Numbered from the stretch's first letter, positions 47,515 through 60,147 are shown. The stretch is 64,000 nt of DNA from Dudresnaya verticillata (GCA_977862235.1 OZ374561.1:1426001-1490000), one strand, 5' to 3'. The notes: generated by a model from the sequence alone, not told the origin. Program-made: numbers and translations.

Positions 47515-48290
47515 TGTGGCGCAAATCGCCTTCGCGCCCTGTTGAAGAATTCTTCTTACTGCCGTCGATCGCGGCTCACGCGACTGCCGGACGACGGACG
47601 CACAGCGACCGTTTCGTGCGGATCAACCGCTGTGCGGGTGATTGAGCTCAGAGCCAATTTCTGTAATGAGCTCTGGCACCACGCGCACGCACCAGCAATG
47701 CTAATGGGGAAATGCCTCTGTAAGGCGCCCGGCCTGACAGTACGCGGCGCCCTCTGCCAGCAAGGATGGCCCCGCAACGCGACAGCGCGTACACGTGCAC
47801 ACGTGCGCCTCCTTGGCGCACACCTTTCAGCCGCACTACCGCTAGGCTGACAGTTGATATTTGTAGATAATTATAGAATTGCGCGCGCCACGTATTGCCA
47901 AGTGGCGCGCCCCCTTCCCTTACTTTAATCCGCCACCAAGGCGCACCCGCCTCCTACATAGTATAATAGGGCCCTGAGGTGCGCCCTCATACAGTAAACG
48001 GCCAAGCTTGGGCCCAGCGAGACGTACCCTCCTACCCTATCGACTCCCTCCTTAGGTTGGACTCCAGTACATCCGCTACCCATCTTCATCGTACAGAATC
48101 CTGTTTTTCTCTTGTTTTTTCCCTGTTTTCTCTTCCCTTCTAGGGTAACCCCCTTTCTCGGTCTTGTAGTGTTTTACAGTCGCACTACGGGGCTATTCCC
48201 CTGCTCTACCGCTACTACCTCACCTGCTACCGCCAGGCCCCCGAACCGCCTGAGGTGCACCCTCAATTCTACCGAGTGGATTGCAGCACG
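47515..48290 (+). repeat. 5' LTR of element B
   Basis: Direct repeat of 59372-60147 (about 4 internal substitutions by eye); ends TTGCAGCACG instead of TTGCACCACA. Confidence 0.95.
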
Positions 48291-50611
48291 TGCGCAGGCA
48301 AGTCCTGCAGTCCAAGCCGCTTTTTCGGCAATACCCAATGAGGCGGTTCCTCGCATTCCCCCTCGGTTGAGGTCTTACCTCCTGCCCCAGCCGGGACTCT
48401 CCCGACTGGGCAAGAGCAAGGCAGGCAGCCGGCACCTCCGCCGCCGCTGCCCAATCCACCGCCGCCGATTTCGGCATCAGTTCCGCCTCCGGTGGAGCCA
48501 CCCACAATCCAAGAGGAAGCACCTCGTGTTGCCTTCATACACGGGACAACTATTCCCCGAAGTGCAATTCAAGAGGTATGCCTCATGGAAGACCAGGCTT
48601 TTGCCGCCCGGCTGTCGCGTCAGATAACGGACAGCTTGGCTTTGGTCAACCAACGTATCGACGAGGTTAGTACTCGACTTGACCTCGTCCTGGAGAATCC
48701 TCCACAGAACCACGCGGACCTCGCCGTCGAGGTCCGCACACTTCGAGGAGACGTTAACCGCCTCCTCGAAACCTACGGGGCTACTCCCGCAAGGGGGCCC
48801 CGTCCGAATCCCCCAAGCCTACCCGCGCAACTTCCGCTCGATGACCGCATTACGCGGATTGCCGACCGCTTGGAGCGCCTAGAGGGCATATGCCTCAACG
48901 AGCGCGAACCGCCCCTGCCTCCCGATGACGGAGGCGCGAACAGAAGACAAGTCGAATTCGACAGTCACGCTCGACATGGGGACACTTACCCCAAGGACAG
49001 TTGCCCTTACGGGTGTACGGACCACCCTCATGATGACGACTACCGTCAAGACCGCCGTGAATCACGAAGTCAAAACCGTCATCATACCTCAACGCGGAAT
49101 ACCCGCAATCGCCGTCACCACCGCCACGGCTACGGAACTTCCTCCCGGTCGGCGTCCGACGACTCGGACTCAGACCGCTCCGACGGAGAAGTTTATGGAA
49201 ATCCCCGTCGCGATGATGGTATACGACGCAAGGGGCCGCGGTATAAGCATCTCAAGGAGCTGAAACCAACGAACCCCTTGCACGACCAATTGCTGTCTTA
49301 CAGGCACTACCGCCTACAGAATACGGAACAATCCCGTACAAGCCGACAGACCGGCAAGATCAAGGACCAGATCAAAAGACTGGAGTTAACCATGAAGGAT
49401 TGTTCCTTTAATGGGGAAGACCCGTGTTGATTTTGGAGTTTCTCTCCCGGTTAGTCGACGAAGCCGACACTCTCGACATGTCGGAAGCCCAGGCGTTCAT
49501 CGCCTTGCCCTACTTCTTACGCGGAAATGCCGCTACTCAATTTCGCTCCGTCAAGACCGCTCCGTCCCGTTCTAATGGAGGAGTGTCCTCATGGCCCGAA
49601 GCTGTGCAGTATCTTCTGCGGACGTACGCGACACCGAGCGCGCTACGTGAGGCAATCCTCGAGCTCCGCGCTCTCCGGCAGAACGCGGGCGAATCGGGAA
49701 CACTCTTCGGGATGCGAGTCTCGAAAGCGTGTAACCGATGTGGCAATGTCCACAAGGAATGGGAGAAGATGACGTACTTCATCGACGGTCTGGACCCGAG
49801 CATCCGCTCGCTGGTCGCCTGGTATCGAGAGGAAACTCCTCGTCACGAATTGTCGTTTGAACGACTAGTGCATTATGCACAAGATGAAGGTGAAGCTCAC
49901 CGTGGAAGAAATCGCGCACCACGCGCTGGACAAGACCAACTCGCGGGCCGCACCGCAACTACAGGAGGACGTCGTCCAGGACGCGGAAATTCCGCTATGA
50001 TGGCTGAGTCTTCTATCGAATTCCGAGACGGAAGTGGAGTTCCACGTAGGCAGGTGGGCGAGCAGGATGCCGAGGTGCACCTTTTGTACCCGGACGCGGC
50101 ACTGCTGTCGTCCGACCCACCTACCGACTCACAAGTAGAATCCTACGGAAGCGAAGATAATGCGCTTCTCATGCGCTCTCGTCAAGTCCCGGCTCCGCGC
50201 ATCCCATACCAGGAGCATTCACCTGGTATGAAACGCACACGGCCGGGCTGTAAAGATAGGTGAAATCCCCAAAGGAACTTCGGTCCCAAGCAGACAATCA
50301 TCTGTCACATTTTCTACAAGCCTGGGCATGTTTCACCCGAATGCTTCTTAGCATGGAAGGACTACCTGAGGATTATCCTCAATTATAAATCGCTCAGTGC
50401 GGTCGACCGCGAGCGTGTGCCGGCTACGTCCTACATGAAGGCGAAAGCACAGGCACAATACGATGAGGGAAGTCCTCAAGGTCGACCCCAGGTACCGCCC
50501 CCTGTGGTACCCCACACTAGCGAACGCCACCCTCAGGCGTTCGCGCCCGTTGGACAGCCCCCTTCGAATGGGCGCGACGGACGAGCGGACACCCGGAATT
50601 CGGAAAACTAG
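48291..50611 (+). pseudogene. gag: gag of element B (disrupted)
   Basis: Pro-rich N-part, FNGEDP/VLILEFL (frameshift ~49422), SWPEAVQYLLRTY, FIDGLDPSIR, in-frame TGA at 50261, degenerate knuckle CHIFYKPGHVSPEC, stop TAG 50609-50611. Confidence 0.85.
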
Positions 50612-53600
50612 TCGGGGTCATACCCCCTTCGACTGGGGAACGTCAAACGGAAACATTTCCGGTCGACATTCAAGGGTCACGACCCGACAAAAAGGAGAAT
50701 ATAACTCCAAAGACTATACTGCAGAACCCTGCAAGGACTAGACGGACCTCGGCCTCGCCACCAACGGCAGGATTACGTAGGCCCTGGCACCAGTACCGTC
50801 CACCGCATGCACAAGGCGAATTGCTGATAGCGGCAAAGCGCAACTTTAAAGTATACGCAGATACGGGTTTACACCCAAGCTACCTATCGCGTAAACTTAC
50901 TGTGCTAGATACCGGTGCCGGTCCCAACTTTATCAGAAAATCTGAACTACCACCTCAAGCGGAGTCCCGCATTCGAGACGGGGACATCCCCACCATCAGC
51001 GACGCCAACAACAGGCCGTTGCAAACATCCGGCGTCATCGCCTTGGTCGTTCGACTGGGCGACCGTATTGTCAAACTTGACTTTATTGTCTGCGAAAGAC
51101 TCGCCGCCCCGGTCATCCTCGGATGTAACTTCTGCGACCGTTTCGTAGAAGCCATCTATCCGAGGACCCGTGAAGTCGAACTCGACAATGGAACTCGCGT
51201 GCCGATTACGCGGCGACCATTGAAGCGACCGCCCACGGCTCCACCACTACCTGCTGATCAGGAGTATGAGCCACTACGAGGCCATACCTCAACGAAAATA
51301 CGCGTAGCGGGACGAACCGTAATCCCAGTCCAAGCGCAAAAGTGGGTTTCAGTAACCACAGAACGCGCGGGGCTGATTTGCCTCCAGCCCTACGACAAGC
51401 CGTATCACCGGCAGGGAATCATCGCAACGAATGGAATAGCCCATGTTGAACCAAAGCGGCCGTTCCGCATTCTAGTCGCGAACTTCACTTCGCACGACCA
51501 AGTTCTTCCGAAGAACCAGGTCGTCGCGACCGCCCTCCCGCACCCCACCGCCGTGGTGCCCAGTCCCATCCGGCTGGCGGACGTGCTTGGGCTGGCTGAC
51601 TTAGCGGACGATACCGCAACAAAAACCCAACGACTGGGAAGACTGTTGAATACGACAAACAAAGGTGACGCTCACGCGAAGACCCTTGAAGCTGAAAACG
51701 AACCTCCACCTTCGGTGGACGACGTGGATTTATCCCACTTGGCCGAGAATCACGCCCGGCGTGTGCGGGATTTACTTGGTAGGTTTTCTACAATGTGGGA
51801 TGGTTCACTAGGTGAAATCACCACTACGGAACATTACATCGATATGATTCCGGGTACGAGGCCGTTCTCGTGCCCACCCTATCGGACGGGTCCGAAGCAA
51901 CGCCAAGTGGAACAAGCGGAAGTTGACCGCATGCTACGAGCTGGTGTTATAGAACCGGCACAATCTCCCTGGGCATCTCCAGTTGTTCTAGTGCCGAAAA
52001 GGACGGTACCTTACGATTCTGTGTCGATTACCGACGTTTAAATGCCGCGACCGTTCGGGATACATACCCGTTACCGCGCATCGATGAATGTATCATTCAC
52101 TCGGCGAAGCAAATGTCTTCACTACGCTCGATTGCAACTCGGGGTATTGGCAAATCCCCATCAACGGTCGCGATCGTGACAAAACCACGTTTACATGCCA
52201 TGCGGGAACCTTCCGCTACAAGAGAATGCCATTTGGCCTTACCAATGCACCCGCTACCTTCCAGCGGACCCTGAATATCCTGCTCTCAGGTTTCAAGTGG
52301 CAGACATGCCTCGTTTACTTGGACGATGTTATCATCTACTCCAAGGACGTGGAAACCCACTTTAAACACGTCGAGCAGATCCTGACTGCATTGGACCAAG
52401 CCGGGGTTACCCTCAAACTGAAGAAATGTGACTTATTCACAAACACCGTCAACTACCTGGGCCATATCATCTGCCCCGGCGAACTGCGGGTTGACCCAAC
52501 GGTTACTGCGGCACTCCGCAAAGCAAAACACCCACGCACACAAACGGAATTGAGGTCTTTCCTCGGATTGTGTGACGTATATAGGAGGTTTGTCCCCCAA
52601 TTACTCTCACGTGGCAGGACCACTGAACCGGCTCCTCAAAAAGGATCACCCGGACAATATTGAGTCGCTCGACGACAAACAAGAGGCCGCGTTCCAGACG
52701 CTGATCAAAGCTGTCACGGAACCACCGGTACTATCTCTGCCAAAACCTGGCTTGCCCTATTCTGTCGATACCGACGCGTCGAACTACCAGGTCGGTTGCG
52801 CCTTATTCCAAACGCACACCGACGGTACGCGGAAACCCCTCGGGTACTGGTCCCGTTCTCTACAAGCCGCCGAAAAGAATTACTCGGTTTCCGAGAAGGA
52901 ATGTTTGTTACTGGTGTGGGCTGTTACCACTTTACGGCCCTACCTCCAAATGGAAAAGTTTACCATACACACCGATCACTCCTCTCTTCGTTGGCTAATG
53001 GAGATTAATGATCCCTCCGGGCGCCTTATGCGCTGGCGCCTACGTATGTCGGAATTCGACTTTGACGTCCGCTACAAAAAGGGACGCATCAACACCCAAG
53101 CGGACGCCCTTTCGCGTCTTCAAACGCTTGGCGAAACGCAAGTCGACATCGACGATGAAATTCCGTGTTTCCACGTTGAGGCGGATGCTCCTTCAACCTG
53201 CGCCGTTTGCGATAATGAGGAATTCCTCGAATTGGACGACGAAGTATCCGACCAACTCCTTCTGGCGAATCCGCCGTCAAACCAACCTGAGCTCTTGCGC
53301 CCAATCACGACGGAAGAGCTTCTTCAAACGCAACTAGCAGATGCTTTCTGCACCTTCCTGCGTTCTCGTCTTAACGGGGGGGAGGGGTTACCGTTCGCGC
53401 TGGACGAGACAGGAGTCCTCATTCGCACACGAGAGGCACTTCCTCAAATTGTAATACCATTTACTCTTCGCGCACGGGTGCTACACTTGGCACACTTCCC
53501 GAAACTATCCGGACATCCCGGTGGGCGCAAGATGTATTACTCACTCCGTAGATCATTCTACTGGCCTTCCATGGCTGTGGACTGTTACGCCACGGTAAGA

Positions 53601-55814
53601 AACTGCACAACGTGTGCACGCAATCGCGTTATGCTACGCCGTAATACCAAGCATATGAAGCTGTTTCCAGCAAAAGCACCCCTGGAGTTTGTCTCCATTG
53701 ACATCTATGGCGAACTGATTCGCACGAAACGAGGCAATCGATTCCTCTTTGTCATCACAGACCGTTTCTCCAAACTCGTTCGGACAGTTCCGATGAAGAA
53801 GATTACGGCTGCGAAAGTTGCCGAAGCGTTCATTACGCATTGGGTCTACGTCTACGGACCTCCGTTGTATCTACTATCAGATAATGGCGGACATTTTGCC
53901 GCAAAGTTGTTTCAGTCGTTATGTGGAACTTTGGGGATCAAAAACCTCTTTACTACAACCTATCACCCCCAATACAATGGGCAGGTTGAGCGGTTCAACC
54001 GCACAATGCGCGCCGCGCTACTGCACTACGTTGCGGACCATCCGCGTGAATGGGATTTATTCTCAGATGCCATCACCTACGCGTACAATACGCAAGTTCA
54101 TTCTACCACGAACCCTGCCCCCTTCCAGCTGGTACTCTCCAGACCTCCACCCGCTCTAAGCGTCGAGGCACATCCCTCACTGGAACCAGTGCCGAGTTCG
54201 GCTACATTCCACGCCAAGTGGCAATCCTGGCTCACAGGACTACTGTCAACGGCCACAAAAGGCGTTGACCAGACACAAGCGCGATACAAACGCAATTTCG
54301 ATAACAGGGTACATCCCTCACGCGACGTCATCGGAGTAGACTCCTACGTCTACGTACGTAAGGAGTACTATGGGAAGGATACCCCAAAACACAAACTGGC
54401 GCCTATCGCCGACGGCCCCTATCGCGTGAATGACGCAAATGATAAGACGGTCACCGTCGAGAAGGACGGGCCTGAATACGAGCGGATTTCCCGCGACAGA
54501 GTCGTGTTGGCGCCCACCCCACCAAGGGACGCGACCAACCAAGCCGACGCCGAAGGGACGGCAGGCCCGACAGATGCGGATTTACCGCCAACAAACGATC
54601 TCAATAACGATCATACTCAAGTACAGTGCCCTGACGGAGCTACTGTGTCTCACGGGGAAAATGCCCCAATTACTTTTCATGCTGTGGCACCAGCCACACA
54701 GCCACGAAATGATCGCGGGTTGGCGGATTTACCACCGCTGACGGTACCCGGACGCACCGCTGGCGTCCGCACGCGGACTACCGCAACTCACTCACCACCC
54801 ACCACACGCGCCGACGCCGCCGCTTCCACTCCAACTCCTGCTCCCGCAAGTTCGGAGCCGGGATCCAGGACAGAGAACGACGCCCGCGCAAATGGGCACC
54901 CCATCGCGGATCAGCCGCACGCTGTCTCAGAAGGCACCAAGGCCGTCAACGGTACAACAGAGGGAATTCCTCATGATACCTCACCAAAGGCACCAGCGAC
55001 ATCGCCCGACGACCCCCACTCGGAGGAAACTCCTCGTCAACGGCAACCCGCGCAGAATACCGGCACAACCGCCTCCCAGGAGAATACTCCACAAGAAGCA
55101 GCAACGCGAGATATACTCCGCAAAGGCTCGCCTATTCGTCGGATAACGGAAGACTTCGAGCCACACCCATCCGGGACACTACACACCCATCGCCTAACAC
55201 CCGCCGCAAAATCGGCTGACATCAATCAGGTGGATGAGCCACGGCCCCTTAGTCAGGCTGAAACCCTACCCGCTGACGGGAAGGACCCCGCTCCTGAAGG
55301 AGAGACACGCGATGTGTCGCCAGACGCGTCTAGAACGCAAGACAACCACAAGGAGAATTCTCCACGCTCACCAAGAAAGAGCGTCACGTTTGACGACACC
55401 ATTAGGGAAATCCCTACGCGGCCTCTCGTGAGCCGGAGCCTCGGATCAGAAGCGGCAGACCGCAATCAAGTCACAACCGCGACCATTGGCACACCAAGCC
55501 CCAGACGGAGTCGCCGTATAGCTACCGCCGTTCCGCGCGTGTCACAATCGGACCCTCGGCCTAATGACACCGTGTCATCACGGCACCGACACCATGCCGA
55601 CATTCCGCAGCGTGACGAGTATGTCATCGAAAAAGTGGTGAACCACAGTTATGATAATACAGAACTGCTGTTTGAAGTCAAATGGTACGGCTATCCGTCT
55701 GCGCAAAATACATGGGAGCCCATACAACATCTACCGCGGAGTCAAGTTATCTCCTATTGCAAGAGGAGACGTCTCGGCGTCCCCTCCACCATCACCAAGG
55801 CCATGGTGGGCTAA
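50602..55814 (+). pseudogene. pol: pol of element B (PR-RT-RNaseH-IN-chromodomain), -1 frame to gag, three frameshifts
   Basis: LDTGAG, YLDD, DTDAS, EKEC, GHPGG..CTTC, IN core, DGPY, chromodomain YVIEKVVNH..FEVKWYGYP..TWEP; shifts near 51997, 52095 and 52597. Confidence 0.95.
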
Positions 55815-57554
55815 CCCCCAAACGCTACCAGGTCCAAATGAAGTGGAGACACCACATTGAAGAGTCCCCGGGAGTCGATTCCACAGTGGTTGCTGCACAC
55901 ACGACGGAGGTACTGTACGCCACGGTATAACACCTGATTGGCCAGACGCTATTTTAATTAACGCCGCACGAATCAGATGCCCGTTATGCTCACCCACTCA
56001 CCTAGCGGTCTACCGCAACTGGTCGCCATCGTCGCTTCCAAAGTCGAATACGACTAAGTTAACGATTCAAGCATACACAAAACGGGATTCCGTAGCGATT
56101 TTTCCTAGCCACCAACGGCTTTGAGCTGCCGTTCCCCCATCCGAAGGGGAACGCCGTGGCGCAGGCTGTACACCAAAAAGCGGAATTCCGCATCGCAGGG
56201 CGTTCGCGTCAACGACAACCCGACGCTCACGACCCCTATGACATGAGGCGCTCCATACCGCCTTTGTGGCGAATCCAAAGGGGAACTCCTCCGCGTGGAC
56301 TGTAGCAGCGTGCAGCCGTACGCTATGGCCGTCTCCAAGCCGTCTGCGGCGGAGCCTACCAAAGCTGCCATCCTTACAACGGAATTCCGTAATCACGGGA
56401 CTGAGCAGTCGATGGCCTTTGGCACCCGCTCCCCCATGGAAAAGTGGATATCTACACCTAAATCGCACCACGATGTGGCGTTCCACGAACTTCTTTTACG
56501 CCCAATAATTGGGGAACACCCCTACAAAGGCCATAACCAACTACTGTAGCCACCTCTCCGTTGCCTACGACAGACTCTCTAACAGCAATTATGCTGAAAC
56601 GGAATTCCGTGAACACTCACCGCGGGCCACGAGCAGACTGGTGTACCCCTGACTCAAAGAGATGGGTGTACCTCCGCCTGCGTGTGCCCATGCGGCACCT
56701 ACCTCCGCAAACGTTCGAGACAAGTGGTATTCCACACAACCGAAAATCCGCGCCCAAGCCCCTCGGCGCTCCTACAGTGGGGAGGCCATTGTTCACGTGG
56801 CATTCCACTTATCTAGACGGACTGGGTCACCCTATCGCCTAACTACCCAGAGAGGCGCGTACGCAACTACGTCCGGCTAGCCGGGTCAGCATGCAACATA
56901 GGCAAACAAGCTCGTTAACAGACTTCTGTACAACCAATTAATCTGGCTAGACCACAGTGCGCGTTTGGGCTACTGCACGTGCCACAGTACAGGACCGGGC
57001 TACTGTACTCCCTTCAGGTTACGTGCCTCAGGCCACTCCATGGATTCCCATTGGGCGATGACGGTGCCAATGTACCCCCGCACCAATCACCTGCCGTGCG
57101 CCTCTACACAGTCCACCCTAGCGGAAAGCCGCAGCTGCCCCTCACCTTCTCCCCCAAGTCGTTCACGACTAAGTGGGAATTGCGAGCCATGCCCAGAACG
57201 GAAATCCGTACCTACTGCTCTAAGCCGCCAACGGCCTTGAACACCCGCACGCCCAGTGGTCGGAGCACACCTACGTGCAAGTCGCTTACGATTTGTGGAC
57301 TTCCACACTACGCGTCGTACGCCTCAATGATGGCATATTGCGACCCCCGCGTTCGCCGACATCTACGTATGCGAATCACTGCGCTGTACTACCGCTCAGG
57401 GAGCTCCCCTAAGAGCGACTCGCCGCATGATGGCAAACAAGAACTCAAACAGGCAAACTTTTAATAAGTCCTGATTATGGCGATGCCCTCCCTACTACGA
57501 CGCATGGGCTAGTCCCACAGGGTCGGTTGCCCCACGCCATATGTCGATGCTCGG

Positions 57555-59237
57555 CTAGATATCAGCAGGCCCGCTTGGGCCTGCTTCCTCCTCGCCATCC
57601 GGGTTATACCCCTTACCCACGGCCACCTCGAGGAGCTCCTCATCGCTGCCACGGATGGCAATCTCGGGAATTCCCGTTCGACGCAAGAAGCCGATTACGG
57701 CAATGCGCTGACTGAAACTCAGTCGCACACGTCGTGCGCGAGGCCGGCTCTCCGGATCAGGCGATGGCGGCCGAATAGCGGGCGGCCGAACGATCGGCAC
57801 GCTCGCAATAGCAACGCCGCCGCCGCTGCTCCCACCCGCGTCAACCGCCGCTTCCGTCGCCGCAACCGGGGCATCAGCGGTAGTCGGCGATGCCACGACT
57901 GGGCAGTCCTCCCCTACAGGTGCATCGACCGTCATGGTATCATCCTCGGGAAGTTCCCCATTGTCATCTGAACCCGAGAAACTCTCCTCGTCGTCCGATT
58001 CTGGCACCCCAACCGCCTCGGGATCCACCAGGTAGCCTCGCGGCTGCCCCGGTGGCATCGAGCGCGGGTGGCTGCGCAACCAAGCGGCACGGTCCGCAGA
58101 AACAAAGGTGCGCGTCCACGGGTCGAACCAAGCCCAATCGCCGCACAAGGGGTGCCGACGCCCAGGCGAAAAGTTCGTAGCCGAGGAACTCCTCTTGTTG
58201 TTACACAACGGGACGCGCTGCTCGTCGCGGTCCCAGTCGATCTGGGAGAAGAACCCCAACAATACGCGGAACTCCGCTTCATTATTAACGCCACCAAGAA
58301 CAACCTTGAAGTCCAACTGGTCAAAGCACCCCAGGACTGTGGGCGACACGTACCACATGCGGTACGTGTCGTAAAGTTCCCACAGCCACTGAGTCGCCGT
58401 CTTCGCCACGAATTCCGTGTAGTAGACGGTCCACAGCCCGGATTGCGGGTAGCCGATGACCGACGACATGGTGTAACTCACCGCAGGGGACAACTCCACG
58501 AGGAATCCCTCACAGCACTCCACCAGTCCCCATTGCGGGACTGGCAGCCGAATATAGCCTCGATCTCGATAATTGCGATGAATGGCGTCGATCTCGACAT
58601 TGGGGTATGGGACCAGGAATCCTAGACGGGAGCGGACGCGCCGCTCCCACCTGATCTTATCCCAATACGCGTTGTTCGCCCGTTTGCGTATGAAGCGGAA
58701 TTCCGCACGAAGTTGTACCCCCATCAGCAGAGCCGACTGACGAACCCACGGCTCCACTCCATCCCACGCGTGCGGGATGGGGAGGTTCTCGAGGGCGTCC
58801 GCATAGGGGATTTCCCCATTGGTGCGATACACACTCAAATCCAACCAGTATCCATGAGGAATAACCTCTCGACCCGGCGTACGCGACAATCGCTGCAGAA
58901 CCAAGCGGACATACCGCAGCCGCGCCTTGCGGACGTCCTCGCCGCCATGGCGACGGATCCACTCCGGCCGAATCGCACCATGGCGACGCCAGTCAGGCGT
59001 ACGGAGGACACGGAGGGGAAGTCCCCCAGGTAGGTAACCATCATCCGAGACATATTGCTCAATCAGGGCATGGTTGCCAAAGTTAGAGTGGAACATCCAC
59101 GGTGCATTCGCAAAGTCGATTAGGTCGTTCCACGGCGTCTTGCCCTCGAAGTTGGCCGGCGTCGGATAACTTGCAGAACTCTGCGGCGCATGCAGTAACA
59201 CGCGGTCAAGTTCCGCAAGCGAAAAGTGGGGAGGCAT
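57555..59237 (-). CDS. Antisense accessory ORF-X of element B (560 aa)
   Basis: Intact ORF from ATG 59237, 135 bp inside the 3' LTR boundary; collinear homology to A ORF-X (YRTNGE, CEGF, W.W..YDT.R, VLGG, CGDW.W..PWT, PRG). Confidence 0.88.
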   Translation of the reverse strand: MPPHFSLAELDRVLLHAPQSSASYPTPANFEGKTPWNDLIDFANAPWMFHSNFGNHALIEQYVSDDGYLPGGLPLRVLRTPDWRRHGAIRPEWIRRHGGEDVRKARLRYVRLVLQRLSRTPGREVIPHGYWLDLSVYRTNGEIPYADALENLPIPHAWDGVEPWVRQSALLMGVQLRAEFRFIRKRANNAYWDKIRWERRVRSRLGFLVPYPNVEIDAIHRNYRDRGYIRLPVPQWGLVECCEGFLVELSPAVSYTMSSVIGYPQSGLWTVYYTEFVAKTATQWLWELYDTYRMWYVSPTVLGCFDQLDFKVVLGGVNNEAEFRVLLGFFSQIDWDRDEQRVPLCNNKRSSSATNFSPGRRHPLCGDWAWFDPWTRTFVSADRAAWLRSHPRSMPPGQPRGYLVDPEAVGVPESDDEESFSGSDDNGELPEDDTMTVDAPVGEDCPVVASPTTADAPVAATEAAVDAGGSSGGGVAIASVPIVRPPAIRPPSPDPESRPRARRVRLSFSQRIAVIGFLRRTGIPEIAIRGSDEELLEVAVGKGYNPDGEEEAGPSGPADI

Positions 59238-59361
59238 CGCAACACGTCCGCTGCACACACGATGAGCGGACCCCCGCAAGCTGAGATGGCGAGGCGTCGT
59301 GCCAACTTGCGCCTGACGCAGAAATATCCCTGTGGGCTCGTGCGGGTACTCGCCGCTTAAC

Positions 59362-59371
59362 GGGGGGGAGA
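59362..59371 (+). other. Polypurine tract of element B
   Basis: GGGGGGGAGA immediately before the TG of the 3' LTR. Confidence 0.9.
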
Positions 59372-60147
59372 TGTGGCGCAAATCGCCTTCGCGCCCTGTT
59401 GAAGAATTCTTCTTACTGCCGTCGCCCGCGGCTCACGCGACTGCCGGACGACGGACGCACAGCGACCGTTTCGTGCGGATCAACCGCTGTGCGGGTGATT
59501 GAGCTCAGAGCCAATTTCTGTAATGAGCTCTGGCACCACGCGCACGCACCAGCAATGCTAATGGGGAAATGCCTCTGTAAGGCGCCCGGCCTGACAGTAC
59601 GCGGCGCCCTCTGCCAGCAAGGATGGCCCCGCAACGCGACAGCGCGTACACGTGCACACGTGCGCCTCCTTGGCGCACACCTTTCAGCCGCACTACCGCT
59701 AGGCTGACAGTTGATATTTGTAGATAATTATAGAATTGCGCGCGCCACGTATTGCCAAGTGGCGCGCCCCCTTCCCTTACTTTAATCCGCCACCAAGGCG
59801 CACCCGCCTCCTACATAGTATAATAGGGCCCTGAGGTGCGCCCTCATACAGTAAACGGCCAAGCTTGGGCCCAGCGAGACGTACCCTCCTACCCTATCGA
59901 CTCCCTCCTTAGGTTGGACTCCAGTACATCCGCTACCCATCTTCATCGCACAGAATCCTGTTTTTCTCTTGTTTTTTCCCTGTTTTCTCTTCCTTTCTAG
60001 GGTAACCCCCTTTCTCGGTCTTGTAGTGTTTTACAGTCGCACTACGGGGCTATTCCCCTGCTCTACCGCTACTACCTCACCTGCTACCGCCAGGCCCCCG
60101 AACCGCCTGAGGTGCACCCTCAATTCTACCGAGTGGATTGCACCACA
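59372..60147 (+). repeat. 3' LTR of element B (776 bp)
   Basis: TGTGGCGCAA...TTGCACCACA imperfect terminal inverted repeats, followed by TSD TCGTC. Confidence 0.96.

Larger units (their letters stand above)
47515..60147 (+). mobile_element. Full-length Ty3/Gypsy chromovirus LTR retrotransposon B (12.6 kb)
   Basis: Two near-identical LTRs, TG..CA outer termini, 5-bp TSD TCGTC (47510-47514 and 60148-60152), PPT, gag-pol-chromodomain, antisense ORF. Confidence 0.97.

Noticed and set aside
55815..57554. Second degenerate ORF-X paralogue on the minus strand
   Set aside because: Manual translation of part of the region gave only incidental word matches and several stops
57555..59237. ORF-X as an env-like gene
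   Set aside because: Antisense orientation, no signal peptide or transmembrane anchor
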